This document shows positions 1-8,458 of a stretch of DNA of 20,588 nt, one piece after another. Positions within the stretch are counted from its first letter, which is position 1; every line of letters begins with the position of its first letter. The DNA lies in the NCBI GenBank assembly GCA_040882355.1, contig JBBEBM010000053.1:62001-82588 (forward strand), read 5' to 3'. The translations under genes were made by a program, and so were the position numbers. The notes beneath the pieces were generated by a model. It did no database searches. It saw nothing but the letters and a program-made list of their open reading frames with translations, and was not told the DNA's origin. Source of the stretch: Dehalococcoidia bacterium (GTDB lineage Bacteria; Chloroflexota; Dehalococcoidia; DSTF01; RBG-16-68-14).

Positions 1-196
1 AGAAGTCCGGGTGCGCGACCATCGCGGAGGGATTGGGGATACGCATCTCGCGCGGCGCGTCGGCGGAGCGCCAGTCGGGCCCCGCTTCGAGCAGCAGGAC
101 GCGGCACGCCGGGTCTTCCGTCAGCCGGGCGGCGAGCGTCGCGCCGGACGAACCGGCGCCGACGATGACGTAGTCGTACGAGGCCTCACGCGCCAA
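1..196 (-). CDS. GMC family oxidoreductase (choline dehydrogenase-like), 5' part; runs off the window
   Basis: Not in the ORF track. Manual translation from TTG at 196 gives [42 protein letters not shown]..., the typical GMC FAD-binding N-terminus (GxGxxG, LLLEAG). GAGGAG RBS 7 nt upstream; overlaps the peptidase stop. Confidence 0.88.
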   Translation of the reverse strand, partial: MAREASYDYVIVGAGSSGATLAARLTEDPACRVLLLEAGPDWRSADAPREMRIPNPSAMVAHPDF

Positions 197-2024
197 CGGC
201 GCGCTCCTCTATCGACCGCAGCACCTCGTGAGCGAACTGGAGCGAGCGCTCCTGGTGCTCGATGTTTTGCTCGATTGCGAGCGACCCGTGGCCCGCGTCG
301 AACCAGATTAGCTCGATCTCCTTGCCCAGCTCGCGCATCTTCTCCTCGTAGACGTGCATCTGGCGCGACGGGCAGCGCGTGTCGTTGCTGCCCTGGATGA
401 CGAGCAGCGGCGCGCGCACGTCAGACGCGTAGGTGATCGGCGAGCTGCGCGCGTGCTCCTCGGGCTTCTCGTCCGGCGTGCCGCCGAAGAGCGCGACCTG
501 GTAACGGCGCAGCGTCTCCGCCTGGTCCTCGTACATGAGCACCCAGTCTGCGATGGCGACCTGCGCGATGCCGCCCGCCCACAGCTCCGGCAGCCTGCCG
601 AGACCGAGCAGCGTCAGGTAGCCGCCGTACGAACCGCCGGCCAGGAAGACCTGGTCCGGGATCGCGATGCCCTGCTCGACGAGCCAGGCGTAGGCGGCGC
701 CGATGTCGTCGACCTCCCAGTGACCGAGGTCGCCCTCGATGCACTTCTGGAACTCGCGTCCGAAGGTTGTCGAACCGCGGTAGTTGATGCTCAACACAGC
801 GAAACCGTGGTCGAGCCACGCCTGCGATCGCGGGCTGAAGCTGTCCATCATGACGGCCGTCGGGCCGCCGTGCACGTTGAGGACCGCGGGGAAGGGGCCC
901 TGGCCTGGCGGCGTCGCGAGCCAGGCCTGGATGCGAGCGCCTTCCGTCGAGTCGTAGGAGACCGATCGCCACTTCGCGCCGGGCGGGGCATCGTCGCCTT
1001 TGAGCAGCACACGGCGCTCAGCGCCCGTTTGCTCATCGAGCGCGACGACGCGCGCCGGACGCGTCGAGTCGCTCAAGAGAACGTATATCTCGCCACCGGG
1101 CGCGAAGTGCGCGTTCACGACCGTGCCGGAAGGATGATCGAGCCAGCGCAGCGAGCCGCCAGTGAGGTCGTAGACCGCCAGCCGCTGGACGGCCTCGTTC
1201 ACCTGCATCATGAGCAGATGCTGACCGTCCTCCGACCAGTCGACCGGAAGCACCTCCCCTGGCACATCTGCGAAGTCGAGATCGACCCGATCGCCGGAGC
1301 GCGGCGACCAGACCAGCGGCCGGCTGAGCCCGCTGCGCGTCGTCGAGCAGAGGACCCGGTCGTCGCCGGGGACGCGCGAAAAGCGCGTGGCGGTCACGCT
1401 CGCGCCCTCGTCGTACAGCTCGGCGATGCGCTCGCCCGTTGCCGTGTCGAACGCCGCGAGGTCGACGTCGGTCGAATTGCTGCGCTCCGTGAGGCCGAGC
1501 ACCGCGATGCCGCCGTCATTCGAGAGGTTCACCCCACGCATGAGCGGTCTCGTGTGATAGAGGAGGGAGCGAGCGCCGATCTCGCCGGCGGCGCCCAGCT
1601 CGATCAGGTAGGTGTGGAAGCCTTCGCGCGTCGCTGTGGTGAGCGTGAGGCGGCTGCAGTCGCGACTCATCGCCAGGCCACCGGACGCGTACAGCGGAAG
1701 GTCGGGCGTTACGTCTTCGGCGTCGCCGCCCTCGAAGGGCACGCGCACGACGTGACCGATCTCGTTGCCCTGCTCGTCGTCGAGATAGTAGACGAAGCGG
1801 CCATCGGGGCTGAGCGACGCCATCACCTTGCCTGCGGGCGCAAAGGTGAGCTGTCGCAGCTCGCCCGAAGGCACGTCCCACGCGTACACCTGCTGGACGC
1901 CGGAGCGGTTCGTCGTGGCGATGCCGCGCGATGGCTCCTGCGAGGCCACGGCGGCGATCGCGATCGTCCAGGCGCGGAAGCGCTGCTTCCAGGGCGCGTC
2001 GGGCGAGAGGTCGGGTTCTATCAT
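186..2024 (-). CDS. S9 family peptidase (prolyl oligopeptidase/acylaminoacyl peptidase-like), beta-propeller plus alpha/beta hydrolase
   Basis: 612 aa; [13 protein letters not shown], nucleophile GGSYGG, Asp in NDTRC, His in AGHGS. Confidence 0.92.
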   Translation of the reverse strand: MIEPDLSPDAPWKQRFRAWTIAIAAVASQEPSRGIATTNRSGVQQVYAWDVPSGELRQLTFAPAGKVMASLSPDGRFVYYLDDEQGNEIGHVVRVPFEGGDAEDVTPDLPLYASGGLAMSRDCSRLTLTTATREGFHTYLIELGAAGEIGARSLLYHTRPLMRGVNLSNDGGIAVLGLTERSNSTDVDLAAFDTATGERIAELYDEGASVTATRFSRVPGDDRVLCSTTRSGLSRPLVWSPRSGDRVDLDFADVPGEVLPVDWSEDGQHLLMMQVNEAVQRLAVYDLTGGSLRWLDHPSGTVVNAHFAPGGEIYVLLSDSTRPARVVALDEQTGAERRVLLKGDDAPPGAKWRSVSYDSTEGARIQAWLATPPGQGPFPAVLNVHGGPTAVMMDSFSPRSQAWLDHGFAVLSINYRGSTTFGREFQKCIEGDLGHWEVDDIGAAYAWLVEQGIAIPDQVFLAGGSYGGYLTLLGLGRLPELWAGGIAQVAIADWVLMYEDQAETLRRYQVALFGGTPDEKPEEHARSSPITYASDVRAPLLVIQGSNDTRCPSRQMHVYEEKMRELGKEIELIWFDAGHGSLAIEQNIEHQERSLQFAHEVLRSIEERAVGA

Positions 2025-2046
2025 GAGAGCTTCGTCTCCCTACAAA

Positions 2047-2112
2047 GTAGGGGCGCCCCGACCGGTCGGGGCGCCCCTTGCGATAACCTCGCGGGCCAGG
2101 CTTCAGCCTGGC
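2047..2112. repeat. REP-like palindromes (GTAGGGGCGCCCC-GACCGGTC-GGGGCGCCCC and GCCAGGC-TTCA-GCCTGGC)
   Basis: Perfect hairpins between the thiolase and peptidase genes; GTAG foot; the second hairpin recurs at 12868-12887. Confidence 0.7.
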
Positions 2113-2120
2113 GGAACGTC

Positions 2121-3431
2121 CTAGAGCGCCTCGATGATCGTCGAGATGCCCATGCCGGCGCCGATGCACTGCGTGGCCAGGCCGTACTTCTTGCCCGAGC
2201 GGCGCAGCTCGTGGGCGACGGTGGAGACCAGGCGGGCGCCCGTCGCACCCAGCGGGTGGCCGATGGCGAGCGAGCCGCCGTTCACGTTCACGCGGTCGAG
2301 CGGAATGCCCAGCTCCTTGCAGGACGGCAGCACCTGGGCGGCGAACGCCTCGTTGAACTCGACGCGGTCGATGTCACCGGCCTCGATGCCGGCGTGGCGG
2401 AGCGCCTTGTTCGTCGAGGGCACGGGGCCCAGCCCCATCACCTGCGGCTTCACGCCCGCGACACCCATGCCGACGATGCGCGCCAGCGGCTCCAGGCCCA
2501 GCTCCTTGGCCTTCTTCTCGCTCATGAGGAGCGCGGCGGAGACGCCGTCGTTCGTCGGGCAGGAGTTGCCAGCGGTGATCACGATCTCGCGGCTGCCGTA
2601 GCTCTCGAGGCCGCCGATCGGTTTGAGCTGCGACAGCGATTCGATGTTCGTGCCGGGGCGCAGGCATTCGTCACGGTCGAAGAGCACCATCTCGCCCTTC
2701 TCGTCCGGCGCCCAGTTGCCTTCGGCATCGAAGACGGGCGTCTCGACCTGGAGCGGGACGATCTCGTCCCTGTACGCGCCTTTCTCGTAGGAGGCGAGGC
2801 ACTTCTTGTGGCTCTCCACCGCGAACATGTCCATGTCTTCGCGCGAGAGGTTGTAGATCTCGGCCACGTTCTGCGCTGTCTGCGTCATCGACTGGAGCGG
2901 CGGCGAGTCGAGGACGTAGTCCGGGAAGGGCACCGAGAAGTTCGCGCTGTGGTCCGGCGGCAGGTTCCGCTGCATCTCGTTCTGGTCGAGGATGCGCTTG
3001 TTGAACTCGTTGACGCGGTTGCGCGAGGCGCGGCCGTCGCCGCCCCCACCCAGGCCTCGGCCCATGCGCTCGACGCCGAGGGCGATGCCGCACTCCGTCG
3101 CGCCGACCATGATCGACTGCGCGACGCGGTGCAGCGTCTCCATGCTCGAGCCGCACTGGCGGTTCGTGTCGAAGCCGCAGGCCTCGGCGGGCAGGCCGCC
3201 CAGGCGAGCCGCCGTGTTCGCGCCGATGCCGATGAGCTCGCGCACGCCCTGGACGTTGCCCATGCCGATGTCCTCCACCAGCCAGGGGCTCACCTTGGGG
3301 TTGCGCTCCATCAGCGTGCGCAGGACGGCGCCGGCCGTCTCATCGAGACGGGTAGCGACCAGCATGCCGCGCCCGCCGCGCGCGAACGCGGTGCGGACGC
3401 CATCGACCAGTACAACGTTGTTCAGTTCCAT
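2121..3431 (-). CDS. Thiolase (acetyl-CoA C-acyltransferase)
   Basis: NRQCGSS catalytic Cys, NEAFA, GHPLGATG, CIGAGMG; GGAGGT RBS. Confidence 0.95.
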   Translation of the reverse strand: MELNNVVLVDGVRTAFARGGRGMLVATRLDETAGAVLRTLMERNPKVSPWLVEDIGMGNVQGVRELIGIGANTAARLGGLPAEACGFDTNRQCGSSMETLHRVAQSIMVGATECGIALGVERMGRGLGGGGDGRASRNRVNEFNKRILDQNEMQRNLPPDHSANFSVPFPDYVLDSPPLQSMTQTAQNVAEIYNLSREDMDMFAVESHKKCLASYEKGAYRDEIVPLQVETPVFDAEGNWAPDEKGEMVLFDRDECLRPGTNIESLSQLKPIGGLESYGSREIVITAGNSCPTNDGVSAALLMSEKKAKELGLEPLARIVGMGVAGVKPQVMGLGPVPSTNKALRHAGIEAGDIDRVEFNEAFAAQVLPSCKELGIPLDRVNVNGGSLAIGHPLGATGARLVSTVAHELRRSGKKYGLATQCIGAGMGISTIIEAL

Positions 3432-3469
3432 GCTTACCTCCGAAGCGAATTCGCGGGGATTGCGCAGGC

Positions 3470-3499
3470 ACCATAACGCCGTCGCGTGCGGGAAGTCAA
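3470..3499 (-). promoter_or_regulatory. Putative sigma70 promoter of the thiolase gene
   Basis: TTGACT-N18-TATGGT on the minus strand upstream of the RBS. Confidence 0.45.
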
Positions 3500-3857
3500 G
3501 GTCAACAGATGGGAAGCGGATAAGCGGATGGCTTTGCGGTCGCTGGTCACTGGCGCGACAGTGGCCCTGGAAACAGGTCTGCGGGTTGAAACCCGCAGCT
3601 TCTGCAGATCGAACTGACTGGTGGAGGCGAAAGGGCTGGTTGGGCGCGCCGGGTCTGTCAGCGGGTGCGAAACGGATTAACGGATGGCGGAGCAGTCGCT
3701 GATGGCGGGCGTAGGGGCGGCTCGCGAGNNNNNNNNNNCGAGCCGCCCCTACAGCACCCCTGTCGAGAGGGCTTCGCCGTACTGAGATACACCGTAGCTG
3801 CAGACCTTTAGGTCTGCCCAGATCGGACCGACGGTAGGGCTAAAGCCCTGCGGCTAC
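3500..3857. repeat. Cluster of intergenic repeats: CGGAT-motif copies, GTAG REP-like hairpins, REP doublet
   Basis: CGGAT motif at ~3501-3532 and ~3654-3690; CTGCGGGTTGAAACCCGCAG ~3579-3598; GTAGGGGCGGCTCG...CGAGCCGCCCCTAC 3711-3752; inverted pair GTAGCTGCAGACCTTTAGGTCTGC (3794-3817) / GTAGGGCTAAAGCCCTGCGGCTAC (3834-3857). Confidence 0.75.
3729..3738. other. Assembly/scaffold gap (10 N)
   Basis: Run of N in the centre of a palindrome. Confidence 1.
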
Positions 3858-3890
3858 GGGCGCGCCAACCTTCGCTATACTGAAATCGAC

Positions 3891-5081
3891 ATGGCGCCCA
3901 CGCCTGCCCTGAGCGACGCCGAAGGGGACGCCCCCCAGCCGCCCGCTTCCGGCGAGACCGTCCATCTCGACATCAACCCCAAGCTGCTGATCGACAACTA
4001 TCACGGCGAGCTCGACGCCGCCGCGCTCTACCGCGCCCTCGCCCGCCACGAGCACGAGGGGCGCGCGGACGTGCTCGCCGAGATGGCGGAAGCGGAGGAG
4101 CGCCACGCTGCGATCATGGCGAAGCGCCTCGACGAGATGGGCATCGCGCTGCCCAAGCACCGCACCAGCCTGCGCGTGCGCGTCCTCAGCGTGTTCGCGC
4201 GCGTCTTCGGCGCCCGCTCCGTCCTCCCGATCGTCGAGAGCTTCGAAGCGAAGGACTACGCCGCCTACCGCGAGCCGGAGCAGGACCCGGCAGTCATGGC
4301 GCTCGCCGGCGAAGAACGTGGCCACTACCGCACGCTGGGCAGCCTGACGCGCGGCACGCCGGGGCCGGTCGCCATCGCGCAGCACGAGAGCTGGCACCGC
4401 ACGGGCGGCGGCGGCACGCTGCGGGCGACGATCTTCGGCGTGAGCGACGGCCTCGTCTCGAACCTGTCGCTCGTGATGGGCTTCGCCGGTGCGCAGGCCG
4501 ACTCCCAGTTCGTCGTGCTCGCCGGCGTGGCCGGGCTGCTCGCCGGCGCCGCGTCGATGGCCGCGGGCGAGTACGTCTCGATGCGCTCCCAGCGCGAGCT
4601 GTTCGAGCGCCAGATCTCGCTCGAGGAGGCGGAGCTGGCGCTGGCGCCGGAGGAGGAGCGCGCTGAGCTGGCGCTGATCTATCGCGCGAAGGGCGTGCCA
4701 GCCGACGAGGCCGAGGTGCTCGCCGACCGCATCCTGGGCGACAAGCAGATCGCGCTCGATACGCTGGTGCGCGAGGAGCTGGGCCTCGACCCGAGCGAGC
4801 TGGGTTCCCCCTGGGGCGCGGCGATCGGCTCGTTCCTTGCGTTCGCAGCGGGCGCTATCGTGCCGGTGCTCGCGTACTTTAGCGGCAACGCGGGCTGGCT
4901 CCAGTTCGCGATCAGCGCGGTGATGAGCGGCATCGCCCTCTTCGCCGTGGGCGTTGGCGTCTCGCTCTTCACGGGCAAGAGCGCCCTCTACAGCGGCGCG
5001 CGACAGCTCGGCCTGGGCGCGGCGGCGGCGGCGATCACCTACGGCATCGGCTCGCTGATCGGCGTGAGCACGGGGATCTAG
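3891..5081 (+). CDS. VIT1/CCC1 family Fe/Mn transporter with N-terminal ferritin/rubrerythrin-like domain
   Basis: N-terminal ELDAAALY...EERH...EERGH carboxylate/His motifs; VIT1 motifs IFGVSDGLVSN, AGAASMAAGEYVS, REELGL; C-terminal TM helices. Confidence 0.88.
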   Translation: MAPTPALSDAEGDAPQPPASGETVHLDINPKLLIDNYHGELDAAALYRALARHEHEGRADVLAEMAEAEERHAAIMAKRLDEMGIALPKHRTSLRVRVLSVFARVFGARSVLPIVESFEAKDYAAYREPEQDPAVMALAGEERGHYRTLGSLTRGTPGPVAIAQHESWHRTGGGGTLRATIFGVSDGLVSNLSLVMGFAGAQADSQFVVLAGVAGLLAGAASMAAGEYVSMRSQRELFERQISLEEAELALAPEEERAELALIYRAKGVPADEAEVLADRILGDKQIALDTLVREELGLDPSELGSPWGAAIGSFLAFAAGAIVPVLAYFSGNAGWLQFAISAVMSGIALFAVGVGVSLFTGKSALYSGARQLGLGAAAAAITYGIGSLIGVSTGI

Positions 5082-5112
5082 TCGCTGGTTGCTGGTTGCT
5101 GGTCACTGGTAC
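5078..5112 (+). repeat. Heptamer tandem repeat (GCTGGTT/GCTGGTC-like)
   Basis: ctagtc gctggtt gctggtt gctggtc actggta directly after the VIT1 stop; same motif at 6640-6670 and 3538-3555. Confidence 0.75.
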
Positions 5113-5158
5113 CGTCAGGGTTGAGGGCCAGCTTACAGGGCCGAGAGGGGCGCATCCA

Positions 5159-5734
5159 TTGACAGACGTGCTTCTCCCACAGTCCACGCGTCGCATCGTT
5201 GTCTTCGGGCACTCCGGATCGGGCAAGACGACGGTTGGGCGGACGATCGCCGATCGGCTCGGGCTGGCGCGCATCGAGCTCGACGCGCTCTTCCACAAGC
5301 CAAACTGGGAGCCTTCGACAGACGAGGAGTTCCACGCGAAGGTCGCGCGCGCCCTTGAGGATGCGACGCAGGGTTGGGTCGTCGACGGCAACTACAGCCG
5401 CGTGCACGACCTGACGCTCGGCCAGGCCGAGACGGCGATCTGGCTGCGGCTGCCGTTCCGAGTCGTCTACCCGCGTCTCATCTGGCGCACGGTGAGCCGC
5501 GCCTGGACGAAGGAGTCGCTCTGGGGCACGAACCGCGAGTCGTGGCGGCTGTCGTTCATGAGCCGCGACTCGATCTTGCTATGGGGGATCACCAACTGGC
5601 GGCCGCACGTGCGGAAGATGCATCACACCCTCGCCGAGACGCCGCACAACGCCCGCGTGATCGAGATGCGGTCAACGCGCGAGGTCGATGCGCTGCTCAG
5701 GTCGCTGCCTGCGCAACGCGACACGGTACACTAG
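5159..5734 (+). CDS. Adenylate kinase-like P-loop NTPase (FlaR/topology modulation protein-like)
   Basis: RIVVFGHSGSGKTT, IELDALFH, WVVDGNY motifs; start placed at TTG 5159 behind GAGAGG rather than 5096. Confidence 0.8.
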   Translation: MTDVLLPQSTRRIVVFGHSGSGKTTVGRTIADRLGLARIELDALFHKPNWEPSTDEEFHAKVARALEDATQGWVVDGNYSRVHDLTLGQAETAIWLRLPFRVVYPRLIWRTVSRAWTKESLWGTNRESWRLSFMSRDSILLWGITNWRPHVRKMHHTLAETPHNARVIEMRSTREVDALLRSLPAQRDTVH

Positions 5735-5757
5735 GCGGCACGAGAGGGGGACGCGCG

Positions 5758-6654
5758 ATGGCCAGCCCGCAGCTCCAGACGCTGATCGACATCATCCGCG
5801 CCCGCCCGCGCACCGAGAACCCGACCATCGAGCAGCTCCGCGCCGGCATGGACCTGATGAGCGCCAACCTGCCGCTCGCAGAGGGCGTGGGCACGGAGCC
5901 GGTCGACGCGGGCGGCGTGCCAGGCGAGTGGCTGACGCCGGAGGGCGCGGCAGGCGGCGGCACGCTCCTCTTCCTGCACGGCGGCGGCTACGTCATCGGC
6001 TCGGTCGCGAGCCACCGGTCCTGGGTCTCGCGCATCACGAAGGCGTCGGCGGCGCGCACGCTGCTCATCGACTACCGGCTCGGGCCGGAGCACCCGTTTC
6101 CGGCCGCGATCGAGGACGCGACGGCCGTCTATCGCTGGCTGCTGGCGCAGGGCGTCGATCCGGCGCGGCTCGCCATCGCGGGCGACTCGGCGGGCGGCGG
6201 ACTGACAGCGGCGACGCTCCTCGCCCTGCGCGACGCAGGCGACACGCTGCCCGCCGTCGCTGCGCTCATCTCGCCCTGGCTCGACCTGGCCTGCGCGGGC
6301 GAATCGATGTCATCGAAAGCCGAAGCCGACCCGATCCTCAGCCGGGAGCTGCTGCAAGGCTGGGGCGCCCACTACCTGAACGGCGCGGACGCCCGCGCGC
6401 CGCTCGCTTCGCCTGTGTACGCCGACCTCGCCGGCCTGCCGCCGCTGCTCGTGCAGGTCGGCACCGCGGAGGTGCTGCTTGACGACTCCCTGCGCTTCGC
6501 AGAGCGGGCGCGCTCAGCGGGCGTGGACGTCACGCTGGAGCCGTGGGACGACATGCTCCACGTCTGGCACATGTTCTACTTCATCCTGCCCGAAGGCCAG
6601 CAGGCGATCGAGCGGGTGGGGGCGTGGCTGGGGGAGAGGGTCGCTGGTCGCTAG
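5758..6654 (+). CDS. Alpha/beta hydrolase, HSL-family esterase/lipase
   Basis: HGGG oxyanion motif, DYRL, GDSAGG, catalytic Glu/His (EVLLDD, MLHVW); ATG 5758 after GAGAGGGGG. Confidence 0.92.
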   Translation: MASPQLQTLIDIIRARPRTENPTIEQLRAGMDLMSANLPLAEGVGTEPVDAGGVPGEWLTPEGAAGGGTLLFLHGGGYVIGSVASHRSWVSRITKASAARTLLIDYRLGPEHPFPAAIEDATAVYRWLLAQGVDPARLAIAGDSAGGGLTAATLLALRDAGDTLPAVAALISPWLDLACAGESMSSKAEADPILSRELLQGWGAHYLNGADARAPLASPVYADLAGLPPLLVQVGTAEVLLDDSLRFAERARSAGVDVTLEPWDDMLHVWHMFYFILPEGQQAIERVGAWLGERVAGR

Positions 6655-6670
6655 TCGCTGGTTGCTGGTA
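6640..6670 (+). repeat. Heptamer tandem repeat spanning the esterase stop codon
   Basis: gtcgctg gtcgcta gtcgctg gttgctg gta. Confidence 0.7.
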
Positions 6671-6733
6671 CGGTCTGGCGAAGGAGACACGTACGTGCGG
6701 TTAAGTGAGGAGCGGTGAGAGGGCGGCGCAGGA

Positions 6734-6771
6734 TCTGTCAACGGATGAGGGAACGGACTAACGGATGGCGA
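6734..6771 (+). repeat. CGGAT-motif repeat; left arm of the inverted repeat pair around the nuclease gene
   Basis: TCTGTCAACGGATGAGGGAACGGACTAACGGATGGCGA matches the reverse complement of 7953-7989 with 2 substitutions and 1 indel. Confidence 0.85.
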
Positions 6772-6839
6772 TCCTTATGTCATTCCGAGCACTTCGCTGG
6801 CCCTCCGCGCGAGGCGTCGCGCGTTGCTGATCTTGCTCT

Positions 6840-7829
6840 TCATAAGGCCGCGTTCCATCGGGCTTGGGAAGCATCGCGTGCTTCGGCGATGGTGGGATAG
6901 GTGAACAATGTATCCAGCATGCACCACACGCGACCGCTCGGATAGATCTTCCCTGTCGGCAGGCGGTGGCTAGGGGCGAAGGCGGGTCCTAAGGTGTAGA
7001 GGAAAAACGGTTCGCCCCACTCGCCATCCGGAATCTCGGGTATCCGCTCGTGCATGTTTGTCACGACCTCGTAATCATCAAGGTGGTGAATCGACTGCAA
7101 AGCACCGTAATACCGGAACGCGATGTAGTTGGGCGGCTCCTTCGGCCATCCACGACCGCCAGCCGGGTGGAAGTAGCGCTGCCTCTCTTCTACAAGGTCG
7201 ATCCGCGAGACACCCCAGCCGTCGGGCGTTCCAGTCGCAAGCGACACGACGTACACGGCGTTCGAGTCCACGTTCTGCATCGTCACCAACCCTCCCAGAT
7301 AGATCAGCAGCTCATCGAGCAGCCGTTTTTCTTTGTGACCAGATCCCTTGCGAGCCGTGCTCGCCAGCGGCGCAACCTCTTTCCACGACAGAGCCTTGAT
7401 TGGTACGGTGAGACGCTCGCTCGACAGACGTCGTGCGGCAAAATCGTAACTGCATTCGCTCAGGACAACGATGAGCTTCGCGGGGGAGGTACTCCTCCGG
7501 AGCCTCTCGTCATACGTCTTAAGCTGACTATGATCCGGCAGATTCCAGCCCCGTTTCGCCTCGACAATCACGTGCACCACGCCAGGCACCTCGATTTCAA
7601 TGTCGGTGATACCGGCATCGCGCTTGTGCTCTTGCAGCCGAATGACCGCGTTGCTCGCATCTTCGGATGGACGGCCAACCGATTCGAGCAGTGCTCGAAC
7701 GAACCGAGGGCACTGGGCCAACACCCAGCCAAGGCTGAACGTCATGTCGTTTTCGTGATGGCCCAGGAGCTGGAAGACGCTCTTGACCTCACGGCCATGC
7801 AGAGTCAGTCGAAGCGGGTCATTCGCCAT
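6840..7829 (-). CDS. Hypothetical protein with PD-(D/E)XK nuclease-like N-terminal domain and unknown aromatic-rich C-terminal domain
   Basis: 329 aa; HENDMTFSLGWVL ... GITDIEI ... VIVEAK ... QLKTY pattern; visibly lower GC and weaker codon bias than neighbours; AGGAG/AAGGA RBS. Confidence 0.65.
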   Translation of the reverse strand: MANDPLRLTLHGREVKSVFQLLGHHENDMTFSLGWVLAQCPRFVRALLESVGRPSEDASNAVIRLQEHKRDAGITDIEIEVPGVVHVIVEAKRGWNLPDHSQLKTYDERLRRSTSPAKLIVVLSECSYDFAARRLSSERLTVPIKALSWKEVAPLASTARKGSGHKEKRLLDELLIYLGGLVTMQNVDSNAVYVVSLATGTPDGWGVSRIDLVEERQRYFHPAGGRGWPKEPPNYIAFRYYGALQSIHHLDDYEVVTNMHERIPEIPDGEWGEPFFLYTLGPAFAPSHRLPTGKIYPSGRVWCMLDTLFTYPTIAEARDASQARWNAAL

Positions 7830-8135
7830 CCGTTGATCCTTTCTCCTGTCCGTGAAAGACGGCCAACGCCCCGCCTGCGGCGGGCAGGGCGCGCAGCCGT
7901 GCGCCCCTACAGGTCTCGCTTCGGGCCGCGCGCTCTGTGTACAGCTCTGCGTTCGCTATCCGTTAATCCGTTCCTCATCCGTTGACAGACGCGCGACGCC
8001 CCCGCCTGCGGCGGGCAGGGCGCACAGCCGTGCGCCCCTACATCGTCTCGTGTCGGACCGAGTGCTTTCCGTACAGCGCCGCCGTCTGCCATCCGCTTAT
8101 CCGCTCCTACCATCCGCTATTCCGTTCGCGTTTCC
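7822..8135. repeat. Degenerate ~130-bp tandem repeat (~2.5 copies): CGGAT motif + CCCGCCTGCGGCGGG hairpin + REP (GTAGGGGCGCACGGCTG on minus)
   Basis: 7866-7911 nearly identical to ~7996-8042; CGGAT blocks begin at 7822, 7952 and ~8085. Confidence 0.8.
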
Positions 8136-8144
8136 GTCGGCGTA

Positions 8145-8458
8145 CCCGTCGCCTGCTCACACAGCTCGTAGAGCTTTGTCAGCCGACCCTCTCCCCGGTC
8201 CGCCTTCGGCGGGTCACCCCTCTCCCGCGCCGGGCGGGAGAGGGGCCGGGGGTGAGGGCTGCCACGTCATCCGCTAGTCCACCCCCGCATCGGGTCCCGC
8301 GCCCGTCGCCTGCTCACACAGCTCGTAGAGCTTTGTCAGCCGACCCTCTCCCCGGTCCGCCTTCGGCGGGTCACCCCTCTCCCGCGCCGGGCGGGAGAGG
8401 GGCCGGGGGTGAGGGCTGCCACGCCATCCGCTAGTCCACCCCCGCATCGGGTCCCGCG
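8145..8458. repeat. 157-bp near-perfect tandem duplication containing the mutS 3' end and a CCCCTCTCCCG...CGGGAGAGGGG hairpin
   Basis: 8145-8301 equals 8302-8458 except one substitution (gccacgTcat vs gccacgCcat). Confidence 0.92.

Noticed and set aside
354..3476. 1040-aa plus-strand ORF and other long antisense/alternate-frame ORFs (e.g. 8591-10657, 8704-9876, 11973-13295, 18765-20270)
   Set aside because: Shadow ORFs of real genes in high-GC DNA; Arg/Ala-rich with no motifs, and the overlapping frames encode clear protein families.
6734..7989. Classical insertion sequence
   Set aside because: The enclosed ORF shows no DDE, HUH or serine recombinase motifs, and I see no target-site duplication outside the inverted repeats.
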